Below are positions 60,152 through 64,000 of a stretch of 64,000 nt of DNA, piece by piece. The notes under the pieces were generated by a model that ran no database searches, was not told the DNA's origin, and saw nothing but the letters and a program-made list of their open reading frames with translations. This stretch comes from Planctomycetota bacterium (GTDB lineage: Bacteria > Planctomycetota > B15-G4 > SIAN01). Both the position numbers and the translations under genes were made by a program. The DNA is taken from positions 4,702-68,701 of the forward strand of contig JANNXA010000030.1 in assembly GCA_031409275.1 (NCBI GenBank), written 5' to 3'. Each line of letters opens with the position of its first letter. Position 1 is the stretch's first letter.

Positions 60152-62947
60152 TCAGCGCACTCCGCTTCCAGCCGTGAAAAACGCGGCGCGATAGAGATCC
60201 GTCCCCAGCACGACGCGCGCGGCGCCGCGCCGCACGACAGCAACTCGGCGCGCCGCGTAGAGCGGCACGATGCAGCCGTCGAGCAGGCTTTGGATCTGCG
60301 GCGCCAGCGCCTCCATCTTGGCCGGGTCGGTGCACGCCGCCGCCGCCTCGACCAGCGCGGCCAGCCGTGCCTGGTACGGATCGCCAGCGACCGGCGGCAG
60401 GAAGCGATGGAAGATCGAGAGCCACGGGTCGTAGGGCACGCCCCAGGTCGACTCGAGCTGGAACTCAAAGTCGCCCGCCGCGAGCGCCGCGTCGTAGTCG
60501 GCGCCGGCGAGCGCACGCACCGCGAGGCCGTACCCGCTCTTCGCAAGTTGCGCGTCGAGCACTTCGGCGATCGTCTGCTCGCGCGGCGATTCGGCGTGGA
60601 TCAGCAGCCGAAGGCCGAAAAGCGCATCGCCGGCTGCCTCGTCCTGCGGTCCGCTCCCGGCGATGAATCTCGCGCCGAGTTCACCGAGATTCGGCGGGAA
60701 CAGCGGCAGCAGACCGTGCCGCCGTTTCGTGGTCCACGCGGTGAGCGTTGGCGCGGCCCACTGCTGGCACGGGTCGGCCAGACCGCCCTCACACCGCTTG
60801 ATCAGCTCGGCACGATCGAGCGCGTGCAGCACCGAGTTGCACCAGTCGGGGTCGACTCCCGCTCGCGTTGCCAGGTACCAGACCGACGAACCGGGCGATT
60901 CGACGATCTCGAGATCGTCACGTCCGCGCAGCTCCGCGAGTCGCGCCCGCGGCACCAGCTCCTGCCAGCCGTCGGCGACGACGTCGACTTCGCCCGCCAG
61001 CAGTGCGTCGAGCGGCGACTCTTCGGCACCGAAGCGCACCAGATCGAGTCGTTCGACGCGTGACGCGGTGTCGCCCCGTATCGCGACGGCGGCCAGATCG
61101 GCTGCGCGGTCGCGCAGGTCGCAGCGCTCGAAGCGCAGCGTCCGCTCGTCCTCCGCGGTGCCGAGGCAGCGGTAGGGCCCGCTGCCGATCGGCGCGACGG
61201 CGTTGCCTTCGCCGTCCAGCGCGCCCGGGCCGCGAATCGCGCACGGGTTGATGGCGCAAAGGTCGACCAGCACGGCCGCGGGTTGCGCGAGATGGAGCGT
61301 CAGGTGGCGGGCGTCGTCCACGACGACGGCGGTCACGTGGCGCGCGTTGCGCAGCCAGGCGTGCTCGGGCAAACCGAGCCAACGTTTGAAGTGGAGCGCG
61401 ACGGCAGCGGCATCGACCGGCGTGCCGTCGTGGAAGCGCGCCCCCTCGCGCAGCTCCAACGTGATCGCCTTGCCGTCGGCTGCCACACGCCAGGACGAGG
61501 CGAGCGCAGGCGCGATCCGTCCCTGCTCATCGATCCGCACCAACGTCTCGTAGAGCGTCGTCTTCGCCTCGAATCCGCCGCGATAGGAGAGCGGCGAGAT
61601 CGCCTCGGTGGGGCCCGGCTTGCCACGGATGGCGACGCGCAGCGCGCCATCGGCCGCGCGCGGCGCGAGGGCGGAGTTCGACTTCGCGGGCGGCGGCACG
61701 CCGTTCTCCGGTCGCGGATTCACCGCGGCGCCGGGCAGACCGGTTCCGGGCGGGCGCGCGAGCAGGAAGATCCGCGATCCGTACCCCGAGCCCATCAGCT
61801 CGTCGGTCGCGTTGCGGCCATCGACCTCGACCGCCTCGAGCCAGTGGCCCTTGTCACGCTCCTCGAACAGTACCTCGACCTTCCACGCCGACTCGCCGGC
61901 GCGACGCGAGAGCAGTTCCACGCGCGCGCTGTAGCCGAAAACGGCGACTGTCTCGACGGCGGGATCGGGATCGAAGCGGCCGGCCGCGATGCCGCGTGGC
62001 CCTTGCGGTCCGGCGTAGATCACCTCGCGCGTCCACTCGCCCTCGACCGCTCCCTTCACTGCGAGGCGCAGCACGACGCCATCGTCGCGCGTGACGTAGA
62101 GCACCTCGCGTTCGCCCGGCGCCGATCGGCGGCGCGCGATGCGGCCGAAGCCCATCGGCTCCTTCAGCAGCTCGCGCACTTCGAGGCCGTCGTTGGCGGC
62201 GGCCCGCATCAGCAACACTTCACCGGTGCGGCAGATGCCGGCGATCCACGGCGCGGCAGCGGGCGCGGCGGCGGCGGGGCCGCTTGGCAGCAACAGCGCT
62301 TGGCGAACGCGTCCCGCCAATTGCGCGCGCTTCACCACGTCGAACTCGAAGCCGCCACTCCGCGCGCGCGGCTCGTAGACGTTGCCGAGATGAGTGAAGA
62401 CGAGGAGCTCACTGCCGGGTCGACTCAAGTCGAGGTCGCCGGCGACAGCGGTGTGGAGCTCCTCGGCCGGGAAGGCGGCGATGCGCGCGGTGTCCATCGT
62501 GCCATCGCGGTGGACGACGATCTGGTAGAGGTTGCCGCGCTTGCCGCCGGTGTAGATCTCGCGCTCGGGCCGACGCGGGTCGAGCTCCACCTGCGCGATG
62601 GCGCCGAGCCACTCGTGGTCCTCGACGGTTTGCCACGGCGTCCACTTGCCGCTGTACGAGCAGAGCAGGATGCAGCGCCCCTTGTCGTCGAGGCCGAACG
62701 CCTCGAGCGCGCCGTTCATCTCGAACGCGTCGAGCACGCCACAGGTCCAGATGCCGACGTCGTTGTCGTAGACGAGGCTCGCGTTCCAGCCCGCTTGCGC
62801 CGGCAGCGCGATCTCCTGCTTTGAGGCGTCCTGCCGGGGAGGAGTCGTTTGCGGCGCGAGCGTGGCGCTCATCATCACGGCGGCAAACGGAGCGCACGGC
62901 CATCGCCGCCAGCGATGGGGAACACTGCGAACGAACGACGAGACCAT
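60152..62947 (-). CDS. Beta-propeller fused to a family-5 ABC substrate-binding domain (NikA-like)
   Basis: YETLV...PALASSW...LREGARFHDGTPVDA, HAWL, PIGSGPY and TWGVPYDP motifs; N-terminal FG-GAP-like repeats (GDLD, GRFD). Confidence 0.8.
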   Translation of the reverse strand: MVSSFVRSVPHRWRRWPCAPFAAVMMSATLAPQTTPPRQDASKQEIALPAQAGWNASLVYDNDVGIWTCGVLDAFEMNGALEAFGLDDKGRCILLCSYSGKWTPWQTVEDHEWLGAIAQVELDPRRPEREIYTGGKRGNLYQIVVHRDGTMDTARIAAFPAEELHTAVAGDLDLSRPGSELLVFTHLGNVYEPRARSGGFEFDVVKRAQLAGRVRQALLLPSGPAAAAPAAAPWIAGICRTGEVLLMRAAANDGLEVRELLKEPMGFGRIARRRSAPGEREVLYVTRDDGVVLRLAVKGAVEGEWTREVIYAGPQGPRGIAAGRFDPDPAVETVAVFGYSARVELLSRRAGESAWKVEVLFEERDKGHWLEAVEVDGRNATDELMGSGYGSRIFLLARPPGTGLPGAAVNPRPENGVPPPAKSNSALAPRAADGALRVAIRGKPGPTEAISPLSYRGGFEAKTTLYETLVRIDEQGRIAPALASSWRVAADGKAITLELREGARFHDGTPVDAAAVALHFKRWLGLPEHAWLRNARHVTAVVVDDARHLTLHLAQPAAVLVDLCAINPCAIRGPGALDGEGNAVAPIGSGPYRCLGTAEDERTLRFERCDLRDRAADLAAVAIRGDTASRVERLDLVRFGAEESPLDALLAGEVDVVADGWQELVPRARLAELRGRDDLEIVESPGSSVWYLATRAGVDPDWCNSVLHALDRAELIKRCEGGLADPCQQWAAPTLTAWTTKRRHGLLPLFPPNLGELGARFIAGSGPQDEAAGDALFGLRLLIHAESPREQTIAEVLDAQLAKSGYGLAVRALAGADYDAALAAGDFEFQLESTWGVPYDPWLSIFHRFLPPVAGDPYQARLAALVEAAAACTDPAKMEALAPQIQSLLDGCIVPLYAARRVAVVRRGAARVVLGTDLYRAAFFTAGSGVR

Positions 62948-63228
62948 GAATTCGCTCCTCTTCGACCCGATGGGCGCCGAGCGGCGGCAGCGCCGCAACC
63001 CCGGTGCCGACGTTGCGGACCGGAGTGTTGCGAGGCTGGCTCGACACTCTCCCGGATCACCTTCGGGCGGTCGTCACCGCCGTGCCATGAAACGGCGAGG
63101 CGCCGGCGGCATCCGTTGCGGGCATGCCGGCCACCGAGGTGCGCCCCCTTCACCGCTCCCACTTCAGCACCGCTGGCCCGCTTGCGGCGGGCGAGCTAGC
63201 GTTCCGTTTCCCCAAGAGGCGGAACCTC

Positions 63229-63867
63229 ATGGCGAACGGTGCGAGCCGTCCGCAAATGGTCGGTCCATCGATGCCCGACGATCGCGAGCTGCTGAACGGC
63301 TTGCGCCGCGGCGATGCGGCCGCGTTCGAGCGGCTGGTGCGCGACCACTCTCCGCGCCTGCTCGCCACGATCCGCCACATCGTGCGGCATGACGAGGACG
63401 CGCACGAAGCGTTGCAGGACGCCTTCCTCTCGATCTGGAAGGCGATCGATCGCTTCGAGGGCGCCTCGGGGCTTTCCACCTGGCTGCACCGCGTGGCCGT
63501 CAACGCCGCGCTGATGAAGCTGCGCGCCAAGCGACGGCGCCCCGAACTGGCGCTCGACGACCTGCTGCCGAAGTTCACGGACGACGGCCACGCCGTCGAC
63601 TTGGCCGAGCCGTGGCAGGCCGATGGGGTCGAGCTGGCCTCGCGTACCGAGGTGCGCGCCATCGTGCGGGAGCTGATCGAACAGCTGCCCGACAACTACC
63701 GCGTCGTGCTGCTGCTGCGCGACCTCGAGGAGCTCTCGACCGATGAGGTCGCGCGGATGCTCGAGGTGACGCCCAACGCCGTGAAGATCCGTGTCCACCG
63801 CGCGCGCCAGGCGCTGCGCACGCTGCTCGATCGCCGCTTCTCCCGCCCCGAACTTCGCGAGACGTGA
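63229..63867 (+). CDS. ECF sigma-70 factor
   Basis: AFERLV, DAHEALQDAF, STWLHRVAVN, LP..YRVVLLLRD and VKIRVHRAR motifs. Confidence 0.93.
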   Translation: MANGASRPQMVGPSMPDDRELLNGLRRGDAAAFERLVRDHSPRLLATIRHIVRHDEDAHEALQDAFLSIWKAIDRFEGASGLSTWLHRVAVNAALMKLRAKRRRPELALDDLLPKFTDDGHAVDLAEPWQADGVELASRTEVRAIVRELIEQLPDNYRVVLLLRDLEELSTDEVARMLEVTPNAVKIRVHRARQALRTLLDRRFSRPELRET

Positions 63868-64000
63868 ACGCCGTGGACCCTTACCTCACCTGCCAGCAGT
63901 TGGCCGAGTTCCTTGGCGAGTACTACGACGGCACGCTCGCCGCGAAGGAGCGCCGCGAGTTCGAGCGCCATCTCGCCGTCTGCCCGCCCTGCATCCACTA
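63864..64000 (+). CDS. zf-HC2 anti-sigma factor (partial, runs off the window end)
   Basis: Manual translation MNAVDPYLTCQQLAEFLGEYYDGTL...FERHLAVCPPC has HxxxCxxC; GTGA overlap with the sigma stop. Confidence 0.85.
   Translation, partial: MNAVDPYLTCQQLAEFLGEYYDGTLAAKERREFERHLAVCPPCIH

Noticed and set aside
1-64000. Genome-wide UGA reassignment (Trp/Gly code)
   Set aside because: Many genes end at TGA with coupled ATGA/GTGA starts and complete C-termini, and Trp is encoded by TGG; only two UGAs have both continuing homology and a hairpin.

Overview
High-GC (roughly 70% by eye), gene-dense bacterial DNA. The gene content suggests an uncultured Planctomycetota (ECF sigma + Ser/Thr kinase pair, ThuA/DUF6797-type multidomain protein, FG-GAP proteins, Tal-Pgi fusion); this taxonomy is inference. 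About 40 genes are supportable; I saw no rRNA, tRNA, CRISPR array or intact transposase. Highlights: (1) Two genes that the ORF track splits at an in-frame UGA, each followed by a bacterial SECIS-like hairpin, i.e. probable selenoproteins. One is an EF-hand/iodothyronine-deiodinase-like lipoprotein (GSFT-U-GPF, 699-1901). The other is a secreted FG-GAP beta-propeller with a vicinal Sec-Cys (PTG-U-C-VGFGPQ, 12706-14016). (2) A non-canonical porin-cytochrome conduit operon (52978-59637): a 10-heme OmcA/MtrC-like lipoprotein with a ~350-aa insertion, a beta-barrel, a 13-heme cytochrome and a helical membrane protein. (3) A 26-bp perfect inverted repeat between the ECF/kinase module and a diheme beta-propeller gene. 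(4) A shared C-terminal domain on two unrelated secreted proteins, a possible sorting signal. (5) An orphan NikA-like binding protein fused to a beta-propeller, plus several decayed genes. All calls come from reading motifs; no database searches were run.
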